Shown here: piece by piece, positions 20,022 to 20,457 of the stretch
How positions within the stretch are numbered: position 1 is the stretch's first letter
How the letters are laid out: every line of letters begins with the position of its first letter
From: Raillietiella orientalis
Lineage: Eukaryota
Reading direction: 5' to 3'
Length of the DNA: 20,457 bases
Assembly (NCBI GenBank): GCA_036172245.1
Contig: JAYWIR010000128.1
Location: 62,001-82,457 of the forward strand
Position numbers and translations under genes: made by a program
Notes under the pieces: model-generated
The model's database searches: none
The model's input: the letters and a program-made list of their open reading frames with translations, nothing else
Told to the model about the DNA's origin: nothing

Positions 20022-20457
20022 CGACGGATCGATACGACGTGACCTCACGACAGCTGTTCAACCCGCCGCCTGAGAGGGTGGACGTGCTTTTGTGGTGCTC
20101 CGCGTTTTTCTCGCGAGTGTTTTCGGTGTTTTCAGCTGTGAGCGGTTGTTCCTGGGCAGAGATGCCCGAGGACGCCGCAAAGACGGCGGAGGGGGGCGAG
20201 CGAGCCTCGTCCCCCCAGCCCATGGATGTGGGGGCCATCTCCCCCACGGAATCGTCCCCCGCCCCGGCGAGGGCATGGAGCGCGGTGGTGGCGGCGCCTG
20301 CGCGCCCCCCGCAGAGGAACAGCGGGCCTATATGGCCGACGGCTACAACCCGGCCCTACTTTACAAGGTAGGTGGCCTGTACTCCCCCGCGGTTTTGCGG
20401 TCGTTCGCCGCGGAGTTTAAAAAGTTTAAAGTCCCGGAGGACGAAGTCCTCGGGCTT
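20022..20457 (+). mobile_element. Element G: 5' UTR and ORF1 start (ATG 20162) of a C-related LINE, runs off the window
   Basis: MPEDAAK..ERASSPQPMDV..ARAWSAVVAAP, frameshift near the C run at 20305-20310, then AYMADGYNPALLYKVGGLYS, homologous to C AYVQEGYKPSLFYKVGNLYS. Confidence 0.85.

Noticed and set aside
1..20457. Stop-codon reassignment explaining in-frame stops
   Set aside because: TAA, TAG and TGA all interrupt ORFs, alongside frameshifts and mutated catalytic residues. This is ordinary decay.

Overview
Eukaryotic-type DNA made almost entirely of decayed L1/Tx1-clade non-LTR retrotransposons (ORF1 gag-like; ORF2 with APE endonuclease, RT and C-terminal CCHC finger). No host gene is evident. 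I label the segments A (1-~5450, -, near full length), B (~5455-10036, +), D (10037-12156, +, with an inverted 5' RT piece), F (12157-~13860, -, 5' half), C (~13930-16234, +, chimeric ORF1 plus EN start), E (16235-~19135, -, 3' half), B' and D' (19141-20021, a shortened second version of the B/D junction) and G (20022-end, +, ORF1 start). All ORFs carry stops or frameshifts. Main observations: (i) five 3' ends share AATAAA + CCCGG-N5-CCGGG hairpin + only 3-4 A; (ii) four of the five tails abut antisense LINE coding sequence, two at the same codon; (iii) a head-to-head A-type/B-type arrangement occurs twice; (iv) TAATG/TGATG stop-start ORF1-ORF2 coupling; (v) compact endonucleases apparently missing the target-recognition loop. 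The host organism cannot be identified. Boundaries and alignments were made by eye.
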